The notes below the pieces were generated by a model. The model saw nothing but the letters and a program-made list of their open reading frames with translations. It was not told the origin of the DNA and made no database searches. Positions 32,292 to 45,179 of a stretch of 64,000 nucleotides of DNA are shown one piece after another; the first letter of the stretch is position 1, and every line of letters begins with the position of its first letter. The DNA comes from the human T2T-CHM13v2.0 reference genome, Homo sapiens: the NCBI RefSeq assembly GCF_009914755.1, contig NC_060926.1; one strand, written 5' to 3'. A program made the translations under genes and the position numbers.

Positions 32292-33740
32292 GAAATGATA
32301 AGGGGAATATTATCACCACAGAAATACAAATAACCATCAGAGAATACTATAAACACCTCTATACACATAAGCTAGAAAATCTAGAAGAAATAGATAAATT
32401 CCTGGACACATACACCCTCCCAGGACTGAACCAGGAAGACACTGACTCCCTGAATAGACTAATACTGAGTTCTGAAATTGAGGCAGTAATAACCTACCAA
32501 CCGAAGAAAGCCCAGGACCAGATGGATTTATAGCTGAATTCTACAAAGAGCTGCTATCATTCCTACTGAAACTTCCAAAAAATTGAAAAAGGGGACCCCT
32601 CCCTAACTTATTGTATGAGTCCAGCATCAACGTGATACCAAAACCTGGCAGAGTTAAATCAAAAAAAGAAAACTTCAGGCCAGTATCCTTGATGAACATC
32701 AGTGTAAAAATCCTCAAAAAAAATATTGGCAAACCGAGTTCAGCAGCTCATCAAAAAGCTGATCAAGCAGGCTACATCCCTGGGATGCAAGGCTGGTTCA
32801 ACATACGCAAATCAATAAATGTGATTCATCAGATAAAGAGAACTAAAGACAAAAACCACATGATTATCTCAATAGATGCAGAAAAGACCCTCAATAAAAT
32901 TCAACATCTCTTCATGTTAAAATCTCTCAATAAACTAGTTATTGAAGGGGAACATACCTCAAAATAATGAGAGCTATTTATGACAAACCCATAGCTAATA
33001 TCATACAGAATGGGCAAAAGCTGGAAGCATTCTTCTTGAAAACCCTCGTAAGACAAGGTTACTTGAAAACCCTCATAAGACAAGGTTGCTCTCTCTCACC
33101 ACTCCTAGTCAACATAGTATTGGAAGTTCTGCCCAGGGCAATCAGGCAAGAGAAAGAAATAAAGGTATTTAAATAGGAAGAGAGGAAGTCAAACTATCTT
33201 TGTTTGCATTGCAGATGACATGATTGTATATCTAGAAAACCTCATAGTGTCAGCCCAAAAGCTTCTTAAGCTGATAAGCAACTTAAGCAAAGTCTCAGGA
33301 TACAAAATCAGTGTGCAAAAATCTCTAGCATTCCTTTACACCAACAACAGGCAAGCTGAGAGCCAAATCACAAATGAACTCCCATTCACAATTGCCACAA
33401 GAAGAATAAAATACCTAGGAATACAGCTGACAAGGGAAGTGAAGGACCTATTCAAGGAGAACTATAAACCGCTGCTCAAAGAAATCAGAGATGACGCAAA
33501 CAAAGGGAAAAACATTCCATGCTCATGGATTGGAAGAATCAATATTGTGAAAATGACCATACTGCCCAAAACAATTTTTAGATTAAATGCTATTCCCATT
33601 AAACTACCATTGACATTCTTCACAGAATTAGAAAAACTATTTTAAAATTCATATGGAACCACAAAAGTGCCTGAATAGCCAAGGCGATCCCAAGCAAAAA
33701 GAACAAAGCTGGAGGCATCACCCTACCCAACTTTAAACTA

Positions 33741-34062
<322 letters not shown>

Positions 34063-36099
34063 AAACTGTACTACAGTGATTCAGTAACCAAAACAGCATG
34101 GTATTGGTACAAGACACAGACCAATGGACCAGAGTAGAGAACCCAGAAATAAGATTGTACATCTACAGCCATCTGATCTTTGACAAACCTGACAAAATAA
34201 GCAAGGGGGAAAGGATTCCCTATTTAATAAATGGTGCTGGGAGAACTGGCAGAAAATTGAAATTGGGCCCCTTCCTTACACTATATACACAAATCAACTC
34301 AAGATGGATTAAAGACTTAAATGTAAAACCCTAAACTATAAAAGACCTAGAAGAAATCCTAGACAATACCATTCAGGATATAGGTACCAGCAATGATTTC
34401 ATGAAGACACCAAAAGCAATTGCAACAAAAGCAAAAATTGACAAATGGTATCTAATTAAAGAGCTTCTGCATAGCAAAAGAAACTACCAACAGAGTAAAC
34501 AGACAACCTACAGAATGGGAGAAATGTTTGCAAACTATCCATCTGACAAAAGTCTAATATTTAGCATCTATAAGGAATTTAAACAAATTTACAAGAAAAC
34601 ACATCCCCATTAAAAAGTAGGCAAAGGACGTGAACAGACCCTTCTCAAAAGAAGACATGCATGTGGCCAACATTTGTAAAAAAAAGCTCAACATCATTAA
34701 TCATTAGAGAAATACAAATCAGAACCACAATGAGATACCATCTCAGAATGGTTATTATTAAAAAGTCAAAAAACAACAGATGCTGGCAAGGCTGTGGAGA
34801 AAAAAGGAACACTTTTACACTGTTGGTGGGAGTGTAAATTAGTTCAATCATTGTGGAAGACAGTATGGCGATTCCTCAAAGACCTAGAGCCAGAAATACC
34901 ATTTGACCCAGCAATCTCATTACTTGATATATACCCAAAGGAATATAAATCATTCTGTTATGAAGACACATGCATGCGTATGTTCATTGGAGCACTATTC
35001 ACAATAGCAAAGATATGGAATCAACCTAAATGCCCATCAGTGACAGTCTGGATAAAGAAAATGTGGTACATACACACATTTTCTATGAATACTTTGCAGC
35101 ATAAAAAGGAACAAAATGATGTCCTTTGCAGAGATGTGGATGGAGCTGGAGGCCATTATCCTTTAGCAAACTAATGCAGGAACAGAAAACCAAATACCGT
35201 GTGTTCTCACTTGTAAGTGGGAGCTAAAAGATGAGAAGGCATGGACACAGGGAGGGGAACAATACACACCGGGGCCTGTCAGAGGTTGTGTTGTAGGAGG
35301 AAGGAGAAGATCAGGAAAAATAGCCAATGGATGTTGGGCTTAACACCTGGGTGATGGGATGATCTGTACAGCGGACCACCATGGTCACCATGTGACCAAA
35401 CATGGCACATGTTTACCTGTGTAATGAATCTGCACATCCTGCACATGTACCCTTGAACTTAAAAGTTGGAAATTAAAAAAAAAAAAGAAAATGGTAAATG
35501 TGCTTTTAATAAGACTGCAAGATCAACTTAGATTACTTTCTATGTGAATGGTACCAGCCCACTGTAGTTACATTGACTTTGCCTGCTGGCCAGAAGCTCT
35601 AATTAACAGTTATATGTTTTTGATATTTAAAAAGGATAGGAAATTAATGATAGATGTAGTTGTTACTAAAAATACTTCAAAATGTGAGATCCTGGGCAAA
35701 TTTAAAAAGATCTTATTAAAAAACTGCTGTGCTTAAAAGTTTAGAAACAACTGATATAGTTCATCCCTTCTGTTTTACAGACAATGAAATTGAGGCTCAG
35801 AGAAGTTCCTGGGCTTATCCAGTATCCCACAGGAAGTCAGTGAGTTCATTAAAGAAAAATACTTGTACCTCTATTAGTAGCAGCCAATTTCTAGAATAGA
35901 TCATATTTTTTTAAAGAGCACATCATGGACATTGTTCATCTAGTGTTTGCTTCCCTTTTCCCTTTCTCATATGTATACCGATTTTCGTCTGGATATCTGC
36001 TTGTTCCCCAGATTCCTTGTACTTTGGGCAAAGTTGATCCCAGTTGCCAAGCTGGGTCTTGGTTGGCTTATACAAGTTTTGCTTAGTATACTTCATTGC

Positions 36100-36275
36100 C
36101 TGCACCAGTAGAACTTTCTGTAGCAATGGAAATGTTCTAATCTATACTGTTCAGTACTGTAGCCACCAGCCACATGTGACTCTTGAGCTCTTGAATAAGG
36201 CTGATGTGACTAATAAATTTAATTTTTAAATCGTATTTAATTTTAAATAGCTACATGTGGTTAGTGGTCACTTTA
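36100..36275. mobile_element. MER3-like hAT DNA transposon
   Basis: agaactttctgtagcaatggaaatgttcta...agccaccagccacatgtg...agctacatgtggttagtgg. Confidence 0.75.
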
Positions 36276-37756
36276 TGAGATGTCATAACATGAGACCATT
36301 GCCTCTTCCCATAAGCCCATGACCTAAGCAGTCCAGTCAGGCTGAATCCTGCTTGGAATTCTGTGGTGTAAGTAGTTTCCTGATGGATATGAACAAGGCA
36401 ACACTTATTCCTTACTGCTATTAGCAGCTATCTTATGACTTGCTAAGTATTATACATAGAAGAGTAAAGAACCAGAAGCAAATATGTGCTCCTACATTAG
36501 ATCTAAGGCCATTAGTGAACCTTGGATCAACTGACTCTGAAGCCTTGCCTACCTTTGCACTTCCAAATACATGAGCTAATTTGTCACCTTTGATGTGTAA
36601 GTCAGTTGGAGTTGAATTTTCTGTCATTTCAGCCAAGAGCAACTAAGCAGATACAAAGGCACTGATAGACTTCATGTTTTATATAAGGCTTTTGAGTTTC
36701 TGATGGGCATTGTCATGAACAAATTTTGTAATTGAGGGAGAGGGCTTCTTTGTGGTAAAAGATGATGTGAACAACCTCTAGTTCCACTCTGCTGCTTGCT
36801 TGCCAGGTAACTTGGACAAATCAATTTTCTTCTTAGATCCCAAGGTTTTCATGGGGCTGGAGGCCATTATCCTTCAGCAAACTTCACGTAAGTGAGGATT
36901 ATGCTATTTTACAACTTTAAAAATAGGGGCCTGAGTGGGTTTATACACACACCAGGCTTTATGTTACTTGCTGGGGAAAGAAAAGTGAATACAAAGTAAA
37001 ATCTGGATACTAGTCTTCGGGTGCACTTAGTCCTTAAGAGGAGAGACCATAACAGATGTGCTCTGGATCTTGCCTGCTGTAGCTCCTTCAGTGGGAAGTC
37101 CCCTTACTGAACTGGTAAATACAGTCTGCTCTTGTCCCCAGGGCCTTGCTTAGACCATGAGTAGACTCCTGTCCCAAGGAAAACCAACACATTGACTGGC
37201 CAGTGATCCACTAGATATTTTTCTTCATGGCTTGAGAGCTCTGGAGCTGAGATGTCACATGGAGTTAGGGCTGGAAACAAAGTTGTTAGGGAACAGAGGC
37301 TCTAGCAACTGTAGACAGTGGCATGTAGACAAGAGGAACAGATTTGCAGGCAGAAGGAGGGACCATTCAGAGAGGAAGGGGGACAAGGTAAAAGGAGGTA
37401 TGGTAGAAAAAGGGAGAGAAAAAAAGAGGACAATGTATTTCCTGGGCCTTGAAGGGTGAGTAGGGCTTGCCAAGTGAAAGAGGATGAAGAATATTCTTGG
37501 TATGAACAGGGTCACAGAGCTGGATGATAGGTAGAGTAATACCTATAGTGGGATTAGTACAGGATGCACAGTGGGGAGTCTGGAAAGGAGGCTAGAAAAA
37601 AAATGGGCTGTGATGAGGTTTTGCAGAATTATCTATGGCTGCTTAGAGCTCTGGATTGTGAAGAGTCATCCAAGGTTGTTACAGAAAGGAGACTTGTCAT
37701 TAGAAAGGGGAGAAACTGGGGCATGGCTGGGAACCATTAAGACTAGAGATGCTGGA

Positions 37757-38813
37757 GACAAAAATTATGCTTCAAAAGAAAAACTATAATACACCTGTTC
37801 CTAGCTGTCCTTGAGTTTTTCCTACAGCTTGGACTATGTCCTAAATTCTTTGTGGGCTATAAGTCTCCAAATCAAAGCTTTCAAATCTTTACTTTTAAAA
37901 CTGGGAATTGCACTGCTCATTCCACTACTCAGTATTTACTTTATAGTATGCTGTTCCCTTATGCGGTACTAAAACTATAGGTGACAGTACTAACACCTTT
38001 GCCATGCAAGTCTTGGAAGTCCAGCCAGGCCTGCATGAATATGCTTAGACAGTTGCAAAGTGGTTCCACTCCTTTTATCTTAGGGTCCACACCTATTCCC
38101 ACTATGCCTCTGATAGCAGGAAGAAGTTAGAATGGTCTTCACCCTTTTTCCATCTTCATTAGCCAACACCTTAAGATTAAGGTATTATAAAACCCAAAAG
38201 GAGGGATTGAAACCACCATTGCAAAATTGTAACTGAGTCAGTGAAAGAGAGCTGACCTAACCAACTCCATCTTGCCTCTAACCTCCAAGCTATCCTTGTT
38301 CATTCCTGGGAGTGGGCTGAACCAGCTTTGGGAGGAACTTAGTTTACAGTTTAAAACAAAGATGATAACAACCCTTTCCCAAAACAAACCTCCTTCTTGC
38401 CTGAAGACTAGATTGCCTTTGTAGGACTAACAAGTTAGGCACAAGATTAGAAATTATGGTTTAGGAGTCATGCAGCTGGAGCTACAGGATTCTGACCCTC
38501 CCTCCCTAAACTCTCATAAGATCAGTGCTTGAGATATTTTGCAGACACTGCACTTGATGGATCAGCTGGCACCACACAGATTGATAAACTGGCTTATCTG
38601 ATCTTGTGGCCTCCACTCAGGAACTGACTCAGGGCAAGAGGACAGCTTCATTTCCCTATGGTTTCATCTCAGACCCAACCAATCAGCACTCTTGACTCAC
38701 TATTCCCTTACCCACCAAATTATCCTTAAAATCTCTGATCCCTGAATGCTCAGGGAGACTGATTTGAGTAATAATAAGACTCCCGTCCCTCCCATTCCCA
38801 TCCCCCCACCCCA
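37757..38813 (+). mobile_element. ERV1 fragment: 3' internal sequence, polypurine tract and LTR8-like LTR (starts 38208) truncated just after its polyA-signal region
   Basis: PPT aaaaggaggga precedes TGAAACCACCATTGCAAAATTGTAACTGAG..., which matches my recollection of LTR8. The unit is flanked by an 18-bp direct repeat aagactagagatgctgga. Confidence 0.85.
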
Positions 38814-39385
38814 AAGACTAGAGATGCTGGAAGACCTGACTAAGAGCAACAGCGCTGGAATAAAGAGGAAATAATAGATGAACAAGACATTTCAGAACTA
38901 GAATTGACATGGTTCCACGGCAGATCTGATATAGGACTTAGGCAGAGAAGGATTAATTAATGAGAGTAACTTGGTTTCTAGCTTAGCAACTGTGTGATGC
39001 TGATGTTCTTTAGTGAAAAAAATAAAAAAATAAAAGACCAAGGGTAAGAAGGACCATGGATTCAGGTTGTGATTATATGTTGATTTGAGTTTCATAGGGG
39101 ACATTCAGGTTATGACATCCAGTGGGCAATTGGAAATAGAAGTATAGACCCATAGGAAGGGTGGTGAGAGTTATACACGTGAATCTTGTCAAGCTATGGG
39201 AAATCAATGAGATTGTTGAGTAAGTGGACTATGATTGAATTACCCGAAGTAATCATTGTCCTATAATACCAGAGCACAACCTGGAAGATACAGAAAACTC
39301 AGGCATAGGGGAGGGTGTTTGAGAAGTAAATCTGGTAAAGATTTTGAAAGCCTTGAAGAAAACCTAGAAGAAAAGTATCTGGAAG

Positions 39386-39798
39386 TGTCTTAGTCTGTTT
39401 TCTCTTGGTTATAACTGAATACCTGAAACTGGGTAATTTATTATGAAAAGGAATTTATTTCTTACAGTTATGGAGTATAAGAAGTCCAAGGTCAAGGGGC
39501 TGCATCTAGTGAGGACCTTCTTGCCAGTGGGGACTCTCTGCAGAGTCCCTAGGCAGCACAGAGCATCACATGCAGAGGGAGCTGAATGTGTTAGCTCAGG
39601 TCTCTCTTCCTCTTCTTATAAAGCCACCAGTTCCAATCCCATGATAACCCATTAATCCATTAATGGATTAATCCATTCATGAGAGCAGAGCCCTCCTGAT
39701 CCAATCACCTCTTAAAGGCTTCACCTCTCAGTACTGCCACATTGGGAATTAAGTTTCACCATGTGTTTTGGAAAGGGACAAATATTCAAACCATAGCA
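39386..39798 (-). mobile_element. MST-type (MSTC/D-like) MaLR solo LTR
   Basis: tgtcttagtc...caaaccatagca, with perfect 5-bp TSD ggaag. Confidence 0.9.
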
Positions 39799-40124
39799 GG
39801 AAGTAAGAAGAAAGGGATGATTACTTTCAAGGAACAAAGGAATGCCTCTGTTTCCCTTAGCAGGTGTCAGGTGATTGAAGATTTTTTTAAAAAAAAAAGA
39901 AAAACAAACCTAATTCTGACAATTATTTGGAATCAGTCTGTCAGCCGCTTTTGCATTCAATCTTTATGTCATACGAATGTATTGAAAGAGAAAAGTTAAA
40001 TTTGGTATTTACTGAATGAATGTACAGTATACTCAGGAACCTGAGAATCAGCTCCACGTGGGATGTTTTATGTCTTCATTCTCACTTCTCTCTTCCTGAG
40101 ATTCTGAGGCTGTTTGCCTGTGAA

Positions 40125-40466
40125 TGATATGGTTTGGCTCTGTGTTCCCACCCAAATCTCATTTTGAATTGTAATTGCCATGTGTCGAGGGAGGGAGTTG
40201 ATTGGATCATGGGGGCGGTTTCCCCCATTCTGTTCTTGTGATAGTGAGTGAGTTCTCACAAGATCTGATGATTCTATAAGTGGAAGTTCCTCTGTCGCTC
40301 TTCTCTCTCCTGCTGCCTTGTGAAGAAGTTTTGCCTTCCACTGTGATTGTAAGTTTCCTGAGGCCTCCCCAGCCTACAAAACTGTGAGTCAATTAAACCT
40401 CTTTCCTTTATAAATAACCCCATGTCAGGGAAGTTATTTATAGCAGTGTGAAAACGGACTAATACA
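40125..40466 (+). mobile_element. THE1/MSTA-type MaLR solo LTR
   Basis: tgatatggtttggctctgtg...aaaacggactaataca. Confidence 0.9.
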
Positions 40467-40467
40467 A

Positions 40468-40770
40468 GGCTGGCGCGGTGGCTCACACACAGGATTACAG
40501 ATCCTAGCACTTTGGGAGGCTGAGGTGGGCAGATGGCTTGAGGTCAGGAGCACAAGACCAGCCTGGCCAACATGACAAAACCCTGTTTCTACTAAAAATA
40601 CAAAAATTAGCCTGGCATGGTGCCGGACACTTGTAATCCCAGCTACTCAGGAGGCTGAGACACAGGAATCACTTGAACTCTGGAGGTGGAGATTGCAGTG
40701 AGCTGAGATTGCACCATTGCACTCCAGCCTGGGCAACAGCGTGAGACTTGGTCTTAAATAAATAAATGAA

Positions 40771-40805
<35 letters not shown>
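40468..40805 (+). mobile_element. Alu with (TAAA)n tail inserted at the LTR 3' end
   Basis: Alu consensus and tail. Confidence 0.92.
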
Positions 40806-42424
40806 AACAGATGAATACTATTGTGAAGTTAAGCTTCAGGTCTTCAGAGCTCAAGAAGGGAAGGCTCGAGCCAGTCAAGTAGCTCTTCCCTTTTCATCCC
40901 TTTGGTCAGCATATGCTGGGTTTATTCAGTTGAGTAATGAAGCCTTTTGGGTAACTGGTGTTTTACCCGTGTCTTTAAGGTTTATGTATTTTTTCCTTTG
41001 TTAGAGACCCTTTCATGGTCACTATGTGGAATTATCCTTGCCTACAAGTTCATCCTACTGTCATTGATTCTTCTTTGGATCACTCTAAATAATTCCCGTT
41101 CTCCTTAGAGAATTCTCAACTAGGTTTTTCAAGTCATGCAACAACATGCCAAGGGAAATCTTTGCCTGACTAATAGACTTGGAGTAATGATGGTTATAAC
41201 CTGTTGAGATTTTTAAAAAGCTATTGAAGAGTCTAGCCAAGCCTATTGGCTAAAAACTGGGTCGTGTGGCTCTGAATGGGGAGAGGGAACTGACAGCTGC
41301 CCTACTCTGGCTATAGAATGTCCGCCATTAAGGACAGATCTTATTTAACATTTTACAATTGAAAACTGTCCCTGGTTTTCAGATAATGCTTAAAACAAAC
41401 AAAAAACAAACAAAAAGAACAACAACAACAACAACAACAAAAACCCCACCCAACTCAAAACATTAAAGAATGAATATGCCACCCCTGTTCCTGTAAGTGG
41501 AACCAGCCGTCCACGCTTCATAGCTTTTGTCTAGTCCCTTGAACAAAAGTTCAGCTGCACTGTGAAGTCCCACATCTCTGCTCCTCAGCTAGCTAACCCT
41601 CATGTGGCTGCTCCCCTTGGCTCTGACACTCATTTCAGCCCTGTTTCAGAGCCCCTTTGGTACCTGCTTCTGCACTTTAGACTACTGCACCCATGACTCT
41701 GCAGTTCACCCAGGCCTCATTGCACCTTTTCTTCCAGGTATGAATATGCTCTCTGGGCCGACCCTGGTGTAGTGGGGCCAGGATCCAAACCTGCCTGGCT
41801 AGCTCTGTTCACCTCTCCATCAGGGAAGGGGGATCCAACAAAATGTGGCAGCACTCTTAGTAGGACAAAACAGTACTAAACAAGAGCTTTTGCCAGTCAT
41901 TCTTACCTCTTAGTGCTTCATTTTCCTTATTTGTATGAAACCTTCATAATAAATACTTGTCTTGGTTACTTCACAGGTTCTTACGTAAATCAGATGATTC
42001 TTGCATAGATCAAGTGAGGTAATGGAAGGGAAAGCACCTTAAAAAGAGTAAAGCGTAGCATTTTGTTATGGGAATTTTCCAAACCATTTTTTGAAGCCTG
42101 TTACCTCTTGAACTAGCAAGTGTCAAATGAATCTTCCTGCAGAAGTTCTCAGACCACATGGTGTCAGTGATGAGCTTTAATGACTCTCTGGCTCCCCTTG
42201 CCCACCAGGGGCCTCTTCCCTGCCTCTCCAACCTTTGCTCTTGCATCTGCCCATTCAGACCTCAGGGCCAGCCTAACCAGGCTCCGTATTGTTCCTGAGC
42301 ACTCCCTTTCCTCTTCTGTCCTTGTGTGGCTGTGCTTTATCTTTTCTGACATGAATGCCACCTAGTTCGCCATCTCCTGTGAAAAGGCCTCCCATTCTTC
42401 AAATGTAAACTGTCATTTTAGATG

Positions 42425-42945
42425 TGTATTAGGTATCTCTCACTGTGTAACAAATAGCCACAAACTTAGTGGCTTCAACCAACACATTTATTATCTCACA
42501 GTTTCTGTAGGTCAGGAATCTGGATAGGGCCCTTCTGGGTCCCCTACTTCAGAGTTCCTCACAAGGCTGTAGTCAAGGTGTCAGTTTTCTGAAGGCAGAC
42601 TGGGGAAAGATCTGCTTCCAGGCTTTTGTGATTATTGGCCAGATCCAGTTCCTTGTGGGCTCTTGGACTGATGACCTCAGCTCCTTGCTGCCTCCGCTGC
42701 CTGCTCCATGGGCCTCTCTATGTGGCCGCATGCTTTATCAGATCCAGAGAGTCAGCTGGCACGATGGAAGTCACGGTCTTATGGAAGCTAATCATGGAAG
42801 TGACAGGGCATCATCTCTGCAATATTTCGTTGGTTAGAAACAAGTCCCAGGTCCCGCCCACACTCAGGTAGGGGTGATCATACAGGGCATGAAGACCAAG
42901 AGGGTGGGGGATTATTGGGGACCATAGTAGAGTCTGCTTGTCACA
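42425..42945 (-). mobile_element. MLT1-type MaLR LTR
   Basis: tgtaacaaatagccacaaacttagtggctt...tttattatctcacagtttctgtaggtcaggaatc. Confidence 0.8.
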
Positions 42946-44859
42946 GATGGTTCCTCTATCAGCCTTTACTTATTTCTTCCAACCAAGTGTGTGATCTTTT
43001 CCTTTTGTGAGTCTTCTTTATAACAACGTATTTTTTCCAGTTTACAATTCATGGCTGGTGTTTTTACAATTGACTTAAAAACTTTTTTCTCATGTAACCG
43101 TTTTTGCTCATCTTTAATCATCCACTTGCAACCCCACAACAGTCTTGTATTTAGCAACTGTTGTGCAGAAGGCACTCCTTCTTTCCACCCTTTGAAACTA
43201 AAGAAGGACCAAGCCAGTTGCTCTCATGTTTAATTCCTGAGTATTTTTCTCCACAATAGCCATATAGCATCCATTGTAAAACCTTCAGATTTGCCAATTT
43301 GGCATCAAAAGCAGTGACTCATTCATGTCTATGTAACCTGGCTGGAGTGGTCCATGTTAGCCTGATTTGCACTTAGAGCTGAAGCTTGTTACCTTGTAAA
43401 AGAGAAGCAATTTTCCATCAAAGATGCATCAAACATTAGCTGTTTCTGAGTAGTGCATTGTTGTGTTTTTCCTAGGGGCCTTCGTGGATCTCAGAAATGA
43501 TGCTATCTGTAAAAATGAATTTATTCTCCTTTAATCTATCTAGCTTCTTTTCCCTTAATTCACTTGGTAGTCCTCCTGTTTTCAGGTCACACCAAATGAT
43601 TTGAAAAAGAGGACTGGCTCTTGGGGAAGTAGCATTTTAATTATTTCCCTTTTGTCGAGTAGTAGGCTGGATATCATTATTGCTGCTGGAGATGTTCAAG
43701 AGAATGAAATATTGAATGTGCTTTAAGAGGCTTGGAACATAAGAGAGATATGATATGTATTTCATATATGTGGGCTTGCAGACCCAATTTGACTCATCTA
43801 GTCTAGCTTCCCATGCTTTGAGGCTAGTCTCTACTTAACTCGCTCAGATGACTTAACACCTTTTTTATTTTTTGCAGTTTTAATGGATAACTAGCTAGTC
43901 CTTAGAAGACGGGTAGAGAAACACCTGTCGGACTTTAGTAAACACCATATTTCTAGTGTTGACATGATCACATCACAGGAAGACGTGAAGCTTGGCCTCT
44001 TTCAGAAAAATTCAGATGGAAGTCTACTTAAACTTGGAGGAATCATTCATCTGTTGAGTAAGATGCAGAATTAGTCAGTTAAAGCCAGCTAGAGATGGAA
44101 GCATATAAGTGTATGTACCTACATTTTGGGTCTTTGGGGAGCCATCAGACTAAAAGTCAATTAAAACTTCAGTAGAGAAATTTAAAAGTGGTTTCTCCTG
44201 GGCAAGAGAAAGATTTGGAGCAGAGAGTGCTCAGGGAAAAGCAGAAGAGTGTTGAAGATGTAATTAATACAGTTAATAGCTGGGAATGGGAATCAGTGCA
44301 AAGCCCCATTTGAGAAGACCCTGTGAGGGACTCCAGTTTGGGCCTGAAAGCCACAGTATCCAAGGCTCAGGTCCAACTCAGGAATCTGAAGCCACTGCAT
44401 GGCCAGCTTAAAGAGGAGGGTGACCAAATCTTGCCAAAATATGTACCACCTTTCTTAATCTCTTACCAATCTGTAAATTAGAACAATGAAGGGAAATGGG
44501 GTAGTGAAAGGATGTTTTTCCTCTCTTATTCCTTGGGTATCAGCTTCCTTTGCATTCCTTTATTCATCTTACGCTCTAATATGTTAAGGCTTTTTTTCCC
44601 CCCAGTCTCTGCCCAGTTTATCTACTCTCAGATGATGTTATCATAGAATTCATATACCCAGCCTCTACCATAAGATGTAGAACCATATCCCTGGCTTGGG
44701 CAGAGGACCTCATTATGCTTATGTTGCATTGTGACACCAAATTTGAAATGTGTTCAAAATAAAGTTGATTGACTCTTGCAGTATCTGTCACTCAGGCATA
44801 ACTCTTAGGAATCATGTTTTCCATTTTCACTCCCATCAATGCCGTTTGGATTCTGAAGG

Positions 44860-45140
44860 TAGTGTGGCAGCATGGAAAGAGGATGAGGTGCTGGCATCCA
44901 TGAGATTTAGGTTCGAATCCTGCCCCAGCCACTTCCGAGCTGGTCACCATGGGCAAGCATGTTATTTGGTATGTGTGAGCCTTTAGAGATAAGTTCCCTT
45001 ATCTCTAAAACCAGCATGATAATCCCTGCCTACCACGTGGGACTGTTGGAGAATATTAAATGTGGTATGCATGTAAACCACCTAACACAGTGCCAAGTGC
45101 AGGTGACGGGCTCAATGACAAGCTACCAATGGTTAGTTTG
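44860..45140 (+). mobile_element. MIR
   Basis: ggttcgaatcctgccccagccactt...cttatctctaaaa...cctaacacagtgcc. Confidence 0.7.
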
Positions 45141-45179
45141 AATGCATTGAGCACAGTGCCTGGCATGTTCAAGGCCGTT

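Noticed and set aside
39648-39682. Palindromic ATTAATCCATTAATGGATTAAT
   Set aside because: By recall, this is a native feature of the MST LTR consensus.
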